Assembly: GCA_012295275.1 (NCBI GenBank)
Contig: CM022666.1
Location: 4,526,001-4,590,000 of the forward strand
DNA: 64,000 nucleotides
Direction of reading: 5' to 3'
Origin: Chrysomallon squamiferum
Lineage: Eukaryota; Animalia; Mollusca
The translations under genes were made by a program, and so were the position numbers. Positions within the stretch are counted from its first letter, which is position 1, and each line of letters begins with the position of its first letter. The notes beneath the pieces were generated by a model. It did not search any database. It was given only the letters and a program-made list of their open reading frames with translations, and was not told where the DNA came from. Shown one piece after another: positions 15,136 through 30,613 of this stretch.

Positions 15136-16207
15136 ATATTAACACAAACAACGTCACTGCGTATTACAGCATTAATGTAATTACTGTATAATTTATATCT
15201 ATATATATATACATATATACATGTATATACACACAAACATACACACACACTCACATACACACACAGACACACACACACTCACATACACACACAGAGACAC
15301 ACACACAAAGTAATACTGCTGTAATGACTACCAGGTATGAGATACAAGCTGTAATTCATGTTGTTATTGTTACCTGGGTGTTAACTATCAAAACACACGG
15401 CACTTACACACACACAAGAGTTTATCGCTGTGCTTTAAAAAGAATATTGATGTTATGAGTGACTAACAGCCTCTTAACTAATTATGTGAAATATTTCTGC
15501 AGCTTACTGAGAAAATAAACAAACAGCCTTTATCAGTGGTTCTTCATGGCAGCTTCTGGTTAAGTGGAAAAACAGAGGAGATGTACGTTTGGTACTGAAC
15601 GGTTTAGTTGGTCTCTGTGATATGCCATGCGATAATATTGTTTGTTAATATACTAGAAAAGAAACCTGTTTTGCTAATGTTGTTTTTTTAAAATATACTT
15701 TATCTTGGATAAATGTGGGATTTAGTCAGGAGCAGTGGTTGGAACGAGAGATTTAGTAGGAGGTTAAATGAATACCCGAGATGTGTATAAATGGAAAATA
15801 AAATGTTTCTATATATTCAGCAAAGGTTTGGAAAAAATAAAAAATATTTCAATGTTATATTATTGCTATATATAAAGGTTTGAACATTAAACAATAAAAC
15901 AATATCATACACATACTATAATGTTATCATTATACCATATATGTATATATATCTCAACCACAGAACATTGGAAATATTTTTTATGCCATGCCAAAATAAC
16001 ATGTAATAAAGAAAGAGATTAGGAAAGAAGAATGAAAGAAGAATAACATGAGAGAAAAAAAAAAGAAAATAGACAAAAATGTGAACTGTTTCAAACCAAG
16101 CTTTAACTACAGACAGAAAACATATATATATATATATATATCTTCCACACACACACACATCCAAATGCAAACACAAACACACACCCCTCACACACACACA
16201 CACACAC

Positions 16208-16238
<31 letters not shown>

Positions 16239-16478
16239 AATGCAAACACAAACACACCTATATATATCTTTTAAACTGAAGAATTAAAAGGTAAATCACA
16301 GAAAAGGTTTGGATAAAATCCAAAGCTACAGTTTTTGAGATTCTGTTTGTTGATTCAACACAGACAAACTGTTAAATATTTTGGCAGAATCCTTCTCCTT
16401 AGAGAGAAAAAACAGAGAGAAATATTGCTGGTCCTAACACATAGACCACACAACATCAACAATAATAATAATAATACA

Positions 16479-16593
<115 letters not shown>

Positions 16594-16825
16594 TAAGTTA
16601 AATAAAATGAAAAAAAAACAACACAGCTAAATATTAGGTAGAAAAGAACATGCATAACTAAAATTAAAGTCATTATATAAAATAGACAGATATATGATAA
16701 AGAAAAAGAAACAGATTAATAGATGGTTAAATAAACACTAGATGGATGGACAGATGGATGGACAGATGGATAAATGTTCCAAATGACATGATGTAATGAT
16801 GGATAGTTGAACGAATAAAATTATG

Positions 16826-16878
<53 letters not shown>

Positions 16879-17094
16879 AGATGGACAGAAGAATTGATAG
16901 GTTAATGATCTAAAAGGTACATACTGCCAGACAGAAAGAATTACGTGACATTTTAAAAAGCAGTCAAAACATGACACACAGAAAAACCGTATAGAAACCA
17001 GACAACAGATGGTGAACACTATAAAATCGAAGAAAAAAAAAAAGAAAAAAAGAAAATGAAAAGAAAATATGCTTCTCCTTTTGACCAAACGCTC

Positions 17095-17336
17095 TCAACA
17101 CAAACGTTGGGATTGGTAACGTCGACAAACTCTGACAATGTGCAGATCCTGTCTACAACACAAGACACCGTGGACATCATTGTGCGTGATGTATTGATCC
17201 GTCACAACGGCACTCACTCGCACATCGTCGCTTTGAGCGAGGGGAAGTGAAACGTCAGGGTGACCCACGAATTTCGTGACTGTCGCGGGTTTCAGCGTCG
17301 CAACGCGGCGATTAATTCCACAAAGTTACTCGAAGT
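17095..17336 (-). CDS. Putative terminal exon of gene A (DFE* then 76 further open codons)
   Basis: Branch-point-like GCTAAC, pyrimidine tract and attaaag| acceptor. Phase-1 join gives GAC TTC GAG TAA. CpG-rich, exon-like composition continues to about 17080. Confidence 0.4.
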
Positions 17337-17430
17337 CTTTAATGAGTTGAAGCAATTTGACAAGAAGTAAAAAGTGTCTTGTTAGCGAATGAAGATGTGA
17401 TGAAATTTGAGAATAATTAAAAAAATAGCA

Positions 17431-17472
<42 letters not shown>

Positions 17473-18026
17473 TAATGATGTTTAAAGGGTGAATTAGTTC
17501 AAATATTTATAACATAAATTTTTTTTTTTTTTTTTTCTTGTCTTGTCGTGTCTTTATTTTTTTTTTATTTTTTTTACTAAGTAAGAAAATTTTGATGGAT
17601 TACATTCTCGAAGCAACGATTCTTATCAGACTGAACTGACATTAAAAAGAAAAGAAAAAAAAAAAAAAAAAAAAAAGATATTGACAAATAATATATAGCT
17701 TCCAAGTCATTTTATGATTTATTTTTACAATATTTAAAAAAAAAAACTATTATACCCAGAAGGCAGCTGGTTCAAGTTGTGTGAATATGTAAAGTTAAAA
17801 ATGTGACATGTTTAACAGAATCATATTTGCAGTGCTTATGCTAACTGCCTCACAACTCATAGGTTCTGGGTTCACATCTCGTTAATGACATCTGGCTGAC
17901 AGTTATATGGGGAAGTATTAGTTAAGTATTAATTCTTTTTTTTATATTTTAACACACTAACTGTAATAATGAGGGTTTTTTTAACACTCTAACTTAATTT
18001 ACTTGAAGATATATATGTTTTTAATA

Positions 18027-18075
<49 letters not shown>

Positions 18076-18748
18076 CTGCATACGTTTTTATTTTTCTGGT
18101 TATGTGTGTATTTACATGTTTTTATATATGTATATGTGTTTTTGATATGTAAACATACAAAAATGAAAAGTTCAGCAAACCAATAGCTCAGTCTTTTGGG
18201 AATTTTGAACAGAAAAGTACCTGAAAAATATTTTACTAGCAATACTAATAATTTTAAGCTAATAATAAAATTATCTCAGTAAATAACAATAATAACAGTA
18301 TTAGTAGTAACAACAATAACAATAAAAATAATAATAACAATAGTGTAATAATAATAATAATGATAATAACAATAATAACAACAGAAATAACAATAATAAT
18401 TATTATAGTAACAGCAATAAAAACAGTGACAGAAAGTACAGTAACAATAATACTAATGATATTAACAACAACAACAACAACATTAACATTATAAAGCTGC
18501 AAACATACTAACCTTTAGGTTCTTTCACTCTGTACCTGTATGTTCCATGAAGAGTTTTAAAATACCAACAAGCAAACACAACCAGGAGGATGACAAACAC
18601 AGCACACACAGCAGGCAGAACCTCCCACTGAAACCTGCCCGACGATGAGTTTAGCCTCTGAAAAACAAGACAGAAAAAATCGTAAAAGACTGAGCTTATT
18701 TTTTTTTATGTTTCTTTCTATATTTACACACACACGCATGCGCGCATC

Positions 18749-18779
<31 letters not shown>

Positions 18780-21700
18780 ACACACACTCACACACAGACA
18801 CACACACACACAAGAACACACATACACACAAACAAAAAGACATATACACACACACATAATCACTATTATGACTTACTACATGAAGCTTAAATGTTGTGGA
18901 GGTGTCTGATGTCAGAGACTCAGTCTGTAACGTTGGTTTCTCCGTGTCGGTGAGGTGTCTTCCAGAAGACTGAAGATTCACAACAATGTGTGGACTCTGG
19001 GCAGCAATCTCATAAAAAACAAGGGAAACCTGTAAAAATAATTTTGTATGTGTTATTATTTCATTTCACAGATCTGTTCATCCTCTTCTCATAGACTTTT
19101 TAAAGTTATTATTATTGGTGTTCTTATTGTTTTTCTTTATACATCCATACATGCATACATCCATCCATCCATCCATCCATCCATCCATACATACATACAT
19201 ACATACATACATACATAGATACATACATACATACATACATCCATCAATCAATCCATCATCCATACATACATATACACATACATACATACATCCATACATA
19301 CATACATACACACATACACACATACACACATACATATATCATTAATTATAGTATTGTCATATGTCATTATTTGTTAATATTATATTATATCTTTTATTTA
19401 TTTTATTATTATAGTATATACTTTTATTTTAATGTTTTTTTATTGTTATTGTTATTGTTATCATCATTCAACTGTGCACACACACACACACACACACACA
19501 TATTTATAATAATAATAATATAAACATTCACTCTCCCTTTCCACCTATTATATTCATTTAAACAAATCTACAAGCTCCATCAATTAAAAGAGGTCAACAC
19601 ATTCAAACACCAGATAAATATTCACATATTAAAAAAAAAAAGCCCCCACATACTTCCACTCCCCATCTCCACCCAAACATCCCCTATCACACAGTTACCC
19701 AGCAACAATAAAATTAACATTAAGTGATAACGATATTCTCCAGCCGACAAGTCACATAGACAGGACCAACCTGCACCCAGCTGGTGATTATTGTAAATCA
19801 CATATATCTGTTTCAGTGTTATTTGATCCTGTAAGCCTACCTAGTTGGGTGGAAAGTAGTTAAAAATAAGAAAAGAAAAAAAAAAAAGAAACAATAAACA
19901 GAGCCATTGTCTAGATAAACAAGTTATTTTGTACCCATTGAGTTCGTGTCACGATCTGCCAAGTTTAACTAGACTGAAAAAAAAATTAACTGATTTTTTT
20001 TTCTTTTTTTTTTAAATTTTGTTATTTTCTTCTGCTTCTTTTTATTTTATTTTTTTTTTTAAATTTTGTTATTTTCTTTCTCTTCTTTTTTTTTTTTTTT
20101 TTTTTTTTTTGGTTGTATTTTTATTATTTTTATTTATTTCATTATTTTTTTATTTGATTTGATTTATTTATTTCATTATTTCATTATTTCATTATTTATT
20201 TATTTATTTATTTTACTTCACTTCACTTCAGTTCACTTTATTTTAATTTTATTTTATTTATATATTCTCATTTTTTGTTGGTTAAATTCATTTTAATTTA
20301 TTTGTTTAACAAAAAGTGATGAAGATCATGATAAATAAAAATAAGATTACATTTTTAAGAAATACTTTCCTCTCCTTTTTTTTTTTCTTTTTGCTTTTAT
20401 ATAAATATATTCATAAATAATCCATTTTTATTATGTATTAGGAACAAAACATGTTTTCATATACATATTAGCAGGAAAGCACACACCATGGTTTTGATGT
20501 GAGAAAATAATAATAATAATACTTTTGATACAAATCTTAATGGAATGCAAAATATTTTTTGTACTGAAAAACATACTGACATATAAAAACTTAATGATAA
20601 TGGAAGACAGGGAAGGAAGGAAAGAAGGATAAATAATATGAGAGTGAGAGAATGAAAGAGTGAGAGACAGGGAGAGATAGAGGGAGAAAGAATAACGTTA
20701 GTGAAAAACTGAAAAAAGAGAAATTACATTGAAAATTCAGAAACAGACAGACAGACAGACACACACACACACACACACACTCTGTCTCTCTTCAACACTA
20801 AAAGAATTTTAATCGCTCATGCAACTGAACTTTTTCTTAAACCCCATCGCTGTCTCCGGTTACATTCAAAACAGAGGGTAACACAAAGTTATTTGGGTGT
20901 GTACGTGCTGTGCACAGTGTTGCCTGGGAACCTAATACACTGCACTGACTATCAACAGGTAATGAAAGTAGAAAATCTGTTAGTGGAGAAGGTTTCATGT
21001 TATAGGGAATGCACCCCACCATGTATAGAAGCTTATCAAATCAAGGGGATTGGATGTTGAAAAAATTTCAAAAAAAAAAAAAAAAAAAGTTTTTTTTTCG
21101 GAATATATCTACTATGCAACAGATTCTCGAGTGTCTGCAGAATAAACCAGATTTTACAGTTTCTGCACGTCTGTCCAGGGTGTCTGGATGTGCAGAAAAA
21201 TTCACCAGACTGTCACGTGTCTGCAAATTTCATGAAACTGTCGGGTGTCTGCAAAAACAACCCACATTGTAAGGTGTCTGCAAAAATTCACCAGACTGTT
21301 AGATGTCTGCAAAATACACCACACTGCCATGTGTCTGCAGAGTAGACCACACTGTTGTGTCTGTAAAATTCATCAAATTTTTAGGTGTCTGCAAAATATA
21401 CCAAACTGTAAGGTGTCTTCAAAATACACCACACTGTCATGTGTCTGCAGAGTAGACCACACTGTCGTGTCTGTAAAATTCATCAAATTTTTAGGTGTCT
21501 GCAAAATATACCAAACTGTAAGGTGTCTGCAAAATACACCACACTGTAAGGTGTCAAGAGTAGACCATTTCTGTCGTGATTTTGTAAAATTCATCAAATT
21601 TTTAGGTGTCTTCAAAATATACCAAACTGATAAAAGTTGTCTGCAAAAAAAAAAAAAAAAATCACACTTGTAAGGTGTCTGCAAATATTAAAATGTTTTT

Positions 21701-22775
21701 TAGACGTCTTTACACCACACTATCATTGTCAGAGTTTCCATCGTGTCATAAAATTCATCAGATTTTTAGGTGTCTGAAATTATATTACACTGTAAAGGTG
21801 TCTGCAAAATACACCCACTGTAAGATGTCCAAAATACACCACATCAAAGTTTTCTGTCATTTTAGATTATAACTCTCATATTTTTCTTTTTAAATATCAC
21901 TGATCAAAAAAAAACCTGCAAAAAAAAATTCTGACACTTGTAACTCCTGACATTAAAATTCTTTTTTTTTTTTTTTTTTTTTATCCATTGTTTATTTTCC
22001 ATCCATTTTTTCCATTTTGAAACTGAAACCATCAAACTCTGTGACCTGATGAAAGTTGACCATAAGAAAGTTTTGTAGATAAAAAAAAAAACTTTATGAT
22101 TCATTTTGACGTAGGGCACGGTCGTTGTGATACAGGGGTGTAATACATGTCGTATGTGTCAGCCAAACTGAACAGTAAAAACAGAATATGTTATGTTTGT
22201 TTATTTTTTTATTTTTTTATTTATTTTGTAGCTTTTAATATTACATGATGAAAGTTAGCAAGAACCTGAAAAAAAAAGAAAAATCTAAATACATACATAC
22301 ATACATATTCACTCATTCATATACCCCCATAAATATATACACACAGGGAATAAACATTTTTTGCTAAATCTGCTTGATATACTAAATTTTAATTATGCTG
22401 ATTATATATGGCATGGTCCTTTCAGATACTGTTAGAATAATTAATGTAAAATGATAACAATAATGATAATAATTACATGCATGCATGTGTGTATGTGTGC
22501 ATGTACATGTGTTTGTTTCGGCATGTGTGAACCTAAGCTTGAATATACATTTTTTTTATGGCTATGTGTTTATACAAATATTTGTTTGTCCATGTGTATG
22601 TGTGTGTCTGCTTAAGAATAGTAACTGAAGATTTCAGTGTTAAGCAGAGGAATGTGTGATGTTAGTGCATGAGGTCTGAGTGTTAAACACTGTCTTTAGT
22701 GATGTCAGAGTAATGGAATAGTAATGTATGTTATCTGGGAAAGGATGTTTGCTAAAAAGATCAAATTCATTGAAA

Positions 22776-22838
<63 letters not shown>

Positions 22839-24463
22839 GTCTCTCTCTCATTGTTTTGCATAACAAACCCATTAAAAATACAATTGAAAAATAATACTCT
22901 AGAGTAAATAATAAAATAAAATAAAATAAAATAAAAATAAAAAGTTAAACAAAACAATCAAGAAAGCCAACTCTCCTAAAAGGACAACTGTAATTACACC
23001 TACCTATCAGATAAACAAACACATTACACTAGTTGCAACAATCTGACTTTGAATCTGTTTTAACATAACCACGTCAACCCTTTTTTTTTTTTTTTTTTAC
23101 ACCAAGTGCAAAAAATCACCATGACTTGAGTCTAAGTCTTGAAAACAAAACAAAATGAAGAAACATTATACCCGTAGCAAGCAATTCATCATTTTCTTTC
23201 AGGTCTTTAAAAAGGAAAAAGAAGTGAAAGAATAAATAAAAAAGACATAATAAGAAGCTTCTGACCTTATTTTCGAACAATACTCATTATTCAGCCTCAT
23301 TCTTGTGTAGATTTTTTGCTTTTTCACTTACCGCACAATACTCGTATTAAATAACATTAACATAATGTGGTAATGGGCTTCTTTGTGGTCTCATCTGCTA
23401 TTTGATTTATACTCCACATTATATTCTCATTGTTCTCTTTCCCATTCTAACCTGAGTGTGTGCATATAGATATAAACATGCTTGTTAACTGGAATGTAGT
23501 GTGTCTGTATGTTTGCATGTATTTATATGTGTGTGTGTGTGTGTAATATATGTATGTATGTATGTATGTATGTAAGTGTTTGTGTGTGTGTGTGAGTGTA
23601 TTAAGAATATATTCATGTGTGTATATTAGTGTATATGTATGTATGTATATATATAAATATGTATGTGGTTATATGTACAAATATATATCATACATGTCAT
23701 ATATAAATGTGTGTGCCTGTGTGTGTATATATATATATTATATATATATATATTTGTCTATGTTTACCCTAACACTATGTCTGTATCTACATATGTGTAA
23801 AGAAATTTTCCAAAATGTTCTGGTCCCTATAGAAAAGGTGTGAACATGTTTCACACCCCAGATCTATGTCAAGGTCATCTGGTTACCAAGATACGGGTAC
23901 CTGCAGGTGGAAAATGTGCAGGCAGGTACCCTAAATAAAGAACTAATCTTTACCAAAAGATTTCTTTTCTTTTTCTTGCTTGGGCTCTTTTTTTCAGTTG
24001 TTCATATTCCATTTTTCATATTTTTTTTAGAATTTTTTTCTTATATATCATGTAAAAATAGTAAGATGAACTATATTTACATACTTTGTATGAAATTAAA
24101 GCAGCTTTGAAATGATGTGTAATCATTTGTTATATAAGAAAAATTCTTATTCATTTTGTGTGAGAAGGTTAATTACTTTAAAAGATTTCTAATACATGTG
24201 ATAACTCCTGAAATATTTACTCATTGTGTGTGAGAAATTATCAATCATAAGACCTAAGTTAGAATGGGAAAAATACTTCTGTCTCTGACTCTCAGATTTG
24301 TCTTTTCATTCTTTCTTCTTTCTTTCTTTTCTTTCACTCTTTCTTCCTTTTTTCTATTTTTTCTTATTTTTTCTTTCTTTCTTAATTAATTAAAAAAAAA
24401 AAATTATTTTCATTTTTTTTTTAAATGTTTTAGAGTCTCAAATCAGAATCTTTTCTTATCTTT

Positions 24464-24508
<45 letters not shown>

Positions 24509-27167
24509 CTATATAAAAAAAATATCTATAATAAAAAAAATACCTGTCCTATTAAACATTCAACAACAACGACAACAAAAAAAAAAAAAATTCTGCGAAT
24601 AAAAAGAAAAATAATTCCAGTGATGATCTCTGGATGAGCATCCCTTTTATGTGACAAGAGGTTTTTTAAATAAGAAATAATTATATCTAACACCATGTCA
24701 AACTTGTTCTCAGTACCTGACATATACTTAGACTTTCTTTTCAACCTCAAACTCATTTTTTTTTAAAAAACCACACACAATGGGCCCATTCATAGGCAGA
24801 CATTTTGAACGTTGCCATGTCAACCCAATTTGGTGTGAAATAAAAAAATGCATACTTAGTGAAGTGATAAATGGCAATAATAAAAGCCTTTTTTTTTTTT
24901 TCTTCTTTTTTTTTTAAAATTTTTTTTTTTTTTTAAAATGGGTTATTTATTTATTTATTTAAATTAAAGAAGAAGAAAAAAGAAAGAAAAAAGCTGAAAT
25001 GACTTCATGTCAGCAATTTAGAAATTAAATCATGACTCAGTTTTTTTTTTTTATTGTTTAGTGGGGGGTTATTGTTTATTAGGTGTTTTTATTTACTTAC
25101 TTACTTACTTACTTATTTATTTATTTTATTTTATATTGTTATTATTATTATTATTTTTTTTTTTAAATTATTATTTGAATTTAGAGGCCTTTTCAGGGTA
25201 TTCTAGATTTTTATTTTATTTTTACTGTTGTTTTATTTATATATTTGACTGAATTTTGAGACAGTAGTCCCATATGGAATAGAAAGAAAGAAAGAAGGTC
25301 AGAAATATTAGTAGTAGTAACAGTGGTAGTAGTGGCAGTAGTTGTAACAGCAGTGGTAGTAGTAGAAGTAGTGACAATAATAGTAATATTAGTGACAGTA
25401 GTAGTGACAGTAATAGTAATAGTAGTGACAGTACTAATGACAATAATAATAACTGTAGCAGTAGTAGTAACTATAATGGAAGTAGTAATAGTAGTAATAA
25501 TGGTAGTGCAGGTAGTAGTAGTAGTTGTTGTTGTAGTTGTATTAGTAATAGGAGTGGTGTTAATGGTAGTAGCAGTTATATTAGTGATAGCAGTAGAAGT
25601 AGTAGTAGTGATAGAATAATAATAGCAGTAGTGGTAGTAATAGTACTGGTAGAAAAGCTTCTAGTAGTAATAGTAAAGTAGTGGTTGTAGTAGTAGGAGT
25701 AGTAATAATAACAGTAGTATTAGTAGTAATATTGATAATAACAGTAGCAGGAGTAATTTTAAGGTGACTAAAGTTCAAGTATTAGTAACATAACTAATAC
25801 TACTACTGGGTCAGATCCAGCTTTTCTGATCAAGGGGGTCCTTGACATCATAACATTATGAAAAGGCACTAAAGAAACATTACACACAGTTCACATGGAC
25901 CATAATATAATAGCTCTACAACAGGGTCGCTGGTAAATGTATTCTACAGTGTTCTATATACACTGATAGAAATTTTTAAAAAAGAAAAAAAAAGAATTTG
26001 AAAAAAAACCCTAAAAATCCAGATGCCTTGGACCTACCCCCTTCTGGATCCACTCCAGTGATAATAATTATTACATAAACTAAATAAAAGTAATGCAGTA
26101 TTTTATTTTAATTTTTTTTAAAAAAAATTTTTAAAGTTAGCATGTTAGAAAGTCATTTACATTTCATCACATTTTTCATTATCTAACAAACTCTGAATTT
26201 TTTGTCCACCACTGAAATTTGAACCACAGGACTATTAAAACTGTAATCCTATTGCATATATTAACATTATTTTTCTGAAAAAAACTGAATAAAAATATAT
26301 TTTATGTGATGTCACATTGAGAAGGAGGTCACATTAGTGATAAATCAGACACACAAAGTGTGACTTGTTTTGTGTTAAACATGGGTGCAAGTTAATAAAT
26401 CACTTTCTGATAGTGATAATGTTAACTATTTTTTAATTAAAAAAAACCAATAAATTAAACAAGGTTGGGTGTTTTGGTGATATTTATTTTTTTACTGTTG
26501 TTTCTTTTTTGCTTGAACTGTTTTTATTTAAATAATAATATACTGCTGTGTATTCTTTTATCTTAGCTAAATTGAAGAATACAAAATAAATTATTAATTT
26601 AAAATAATAACAATGATGATGATGATGATGATGATGATGATAATAATAATAATAATAATAAGATTGCTTATAATATATACCATAATAATGTATATATATA
26701 TACCTTGATTCCAATTGTTATTGTTACTCTTATTATTACCAGTCCAGTTCTGTAACTATTACTTGTTACTATTACTGCAACTACTACTACTACTACTACT
26801 ATTATTATTATTGTTATTATATTTATTATTGTATTATTGTTGCTATATTTATCATTGTACTATCATTATTATTATTATTGTTATTGTTATTATTGTTGTT
26901 GTTGTTGTTATTGTTAAAATTATCATTGTATTATTATTATTATTATTATTGTTATTGTTATTGTTATTACTATTTGACATGGTAAAAACTAAAACATCAC
27001 AACTACATATCAAAAGCTTCAAAACCAACAGCAGAAATATATTCACATTAAAACGAAAAGAAGAAAAAGAAGACGAGATAAAAATACAAAAATATATATC
27101 TTCATTTACCATGTTCAGTGTATCTATTCATGAAACGACAAAAGAAGATACATTTAAAAAGAAGAAG

Positions 27168-27211
<44 letters not shown>

Positions 27212-28572
27212 CAAAGTAACCCTGGGGAGAAGGCCACAGAGAATGTTTGATAATAAAGTTTAAGGATGTTTCGTATTCGTGCCCAGTCATGCAACAAAGA
27301 AAAGAGTTTTACCCGGCGAAGTAAAGCCACAGTGATACCGTGGTTTGTCAGCAGGATTAGCTGGCCATGTTATCAGTTCATCCTGTCATCAGTCCTCTCC
27401 ATCCCTCTCTGTGTCAGACACACACATAGAGAAACTCACAGGTTTATACATTAATATATACACACACATACAGGGACATATATTTTTTATATATATATAT
27501 ATATATACACACATACAAGGACATATACTTTTTATATATATGTATATACAGACATACAAGGACATATACTTTATATATATATATATACACACATACAAGT
27601 ACATATACACATTTTATATATATATGTACACAGATGTTATATACACAGTCATACATGTATGTATACATTATATATACACATATACATGTGAATATACATT
27701 ATATACACACACATACAAGTACATATATATATATATATACACACATACAAGTACATATACATTATATACACACACACACAAGAAAATATATTCATTATAT
27801 ACACACATGAATGTTCAAATACATAACATATTTACACATGATTATAAATATAATATACATTATATACATACCAACAGAAGTACATATGTTTTATATACAG
27901 ACAGTACAAGTAGTTATAGTATTATAGAATAATAATAATATATATAGTTTTATATTACATGAATGTTCACTTAAACATGTTTAGATTGATTGTATGTAGT
28001 ACCAACAGAAGCAGCAGTATTAGTAGTATTACAGTAGTAGTAGCATTAGGAAAGTAATAATAATAATATAGTCGTTTTAGTAATAAGCAGTAAAACTAGA
28101 GGTAGAACAAAAAAGTGGTAATAAAAACAAATAATTTAAGCAGTATAGTATAATATCAATGTGAAAAAGTAGTAGAACAAAAAGTGGTAATAAAAACAAC
28201 ACTAATTTAATAATATCAGCAGTAGTAGTAGCAGTAGTAGTAGCAGTAGTAGTAGTAGTAGTAGTAGTAGTACTTGTACTAGAAGGTGTTGTTGAAAAAG
28301 TTATAAATGACACATCAACTTGACTGTATGATAATGAAAACACATTTAAACTGTGTCACATACGACTGTCACCATCTCATGTCTTATCGACTGTATTATC
28401 ATTTCGACTCTATAACATAAAGCCTGCAGTGTGAATAAAAACTGAGGTAGTATTGGTGTGTGTGTGATATATGTGTGAGATAAACACACAGCAGTGATTA
28501 ACTAACTTGTACTGCCAGCAGGGAAATAAATACCTACAGGGCAGCCAGCTAGCTCCTTATTATTATTATTAC

Positions 28573-28624
<52 letters not shown>

Positions 28625-30544
28625 TTATATTGTTACGTTTCTTGTATAATGTGGTGTAATACTGGTATGCACATATTATAGGATTTCTCTGTGGGTAAAA
28701 AGTTAGGATTATATTTATATATATATATATATATAAGTATATACTTAACTCTCTGAATATATATTATTTTAAAGCATTTAATAGTTTTGTAATTACAGTT
28801 AAAATAAATCACATTTGTAAGTACAGCAAGTATATGATTGATGAATTATTATTAATTTATGCTGTTCTGTTTGATTGTGTGCGTGTGCGTGTGTCTGTGT
28901 GTCTGTCTATGAACCCATTTTAAGGGAATATATATATATATTATATCTATAGGTGCATGCATGTATTGTATATATGCATAATCTGTATGTAAATAATATT
29001 GGGTGTTTCTTTAAGCATGTGTTTATGAATCAAAACTATAAGACTGTAATATGCACAGTCTGTGTTTTTATCCCATTTGACTTCTCTGGCCTGACTTAAA
29101 CAGATTTAGATTGTTCAGTATTTATTATAACAAAGGATTAATTCTGTTTGATTATTACCAGTCTTCCAACTCACTTAGCAGTATGAGTCATGCAGTAATT
29201 ATTACACAGGATTATATAACAGTATAACAGTAATAAGTAATATTATATATAAAAATATAACAATAATAATTAATATTACATGGTCTTATCTACAAACAGA
29301 AATTGATGATTTTTTTTTTTTTTATTTTATTTTTTTATACAAAGATTTTATTTAAAAAATATGAAATATAAATCTCTATTCTGATAGAAATGATATCCAC
29401 TGAATGAATTCAAACTTGAGCTCCAGGGGCCCCAAACCCAGACCCCTCCCCCAGTTTTTTTGTGCACAGCTCCACAAGTGTTTTTGCCTCATTTCAAAAA
29501 GAGTCTAGTTATGGCCATGTATTTTATATAACAAATACTCAAATTTTTTTCTTCAGTTATGCCTTATCTTTACCTGTATATATTCATAAACATACACCCA
29601 GATAATATATATATATATATACACACACACATACATACAGTAATGCAAGTATATGTGCACAGATAGAGAGAGACACACAGAGACAAACAAATAAACACAC
29701 ACACATGCAGAGACAGAAACAAACTTCATTTATTTAGGGGTTTCACTGTTCAAATAATATTTAACATGCTTCCATTATACAAACGGAGGTAATAACACAC
29801 ACTTGAAGAATTCAACACGGAGTGCATTGCATATATTAACTGCCATTACACAATAAAAGACAGTTAGGTTTCACCTTGTCATTACCTAATCCTGCAGCAA
29901 CATTGTGTATTAATACGAGGTGTCACCCAGCCTTAGCCCAGAGGCATTCAGTGTCAACATGTGACTTATTGTTGTTTTTCTCAGCTTTAACACACACACA
30001 CACACACTGCAGAATTAAAGGAACACAGTCGAGTTTATTTTGTGTGTGTGTAAATTAAACACTTTGATTGTTGGTTAATGAATAAATGAATAAATGAATG
30101 AATGTGTGACAAAAACAAACAGGACAGAGAAAATGCTGCTTATTTTGGGTGTCTGCTTGCTGGTTGTTGTAGATTTTGTGGCATTTTTGGATTGGGGTGG
30201 GTAGGGGTTGGGGGTGGGGGTCCTGTTTCAAATCAGTTTTGGAATAACATTCCAAACAGGTCTTTTGTAGTGGGTTAGTTTTTGTTTTATTTTTTTTGTT
30301 TTTAAAAAAGTTTCAAAATGACACGTCGTTATATTTTAATATGAGTCATGTTGTTTTGGTTTTTTTTTGCTTTTTTTTCTTTTTCTCAGAGTCCTTTAAG
30401 TACTACAGTAATAAAATGTTTTATTATTCTGTTCAGAAACTATTTTACATTTAACAAACTTATTCATATTCTGTTCAGAAAATATTTTACATTTAACAAA
30501 CTTAGTTATATTCTTATCAAACAAATTTTATTTGCTGTCAATTA

Positions 30545-30613
<69 letters not shown>

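Noticed and set aside
16320-16400. Alternative minus-strand terminal exon for gene A (acceptor tctctaag|)
   Set aside because: A closer acceptor with a better branch point exists at 17337, and the longest frame here is phase 0 while exon 3 ends in phase 1; not excluded, but not supportable
17056-17250. Plus-strand 64-aa ORF MKRKYASPF...
   Set aside because: Starts in an A-rich tract, has no recognisable features and mirrors the minus-strand open frame
24526-24756. Minus-strand ORF in gene A intron 1 (also 20837-21022, and 8030-8260 downstream of A)
   Set aside because: No convincing paired splice sites in a compatible phase; exons 1 and 2 of gene A join in frame without them
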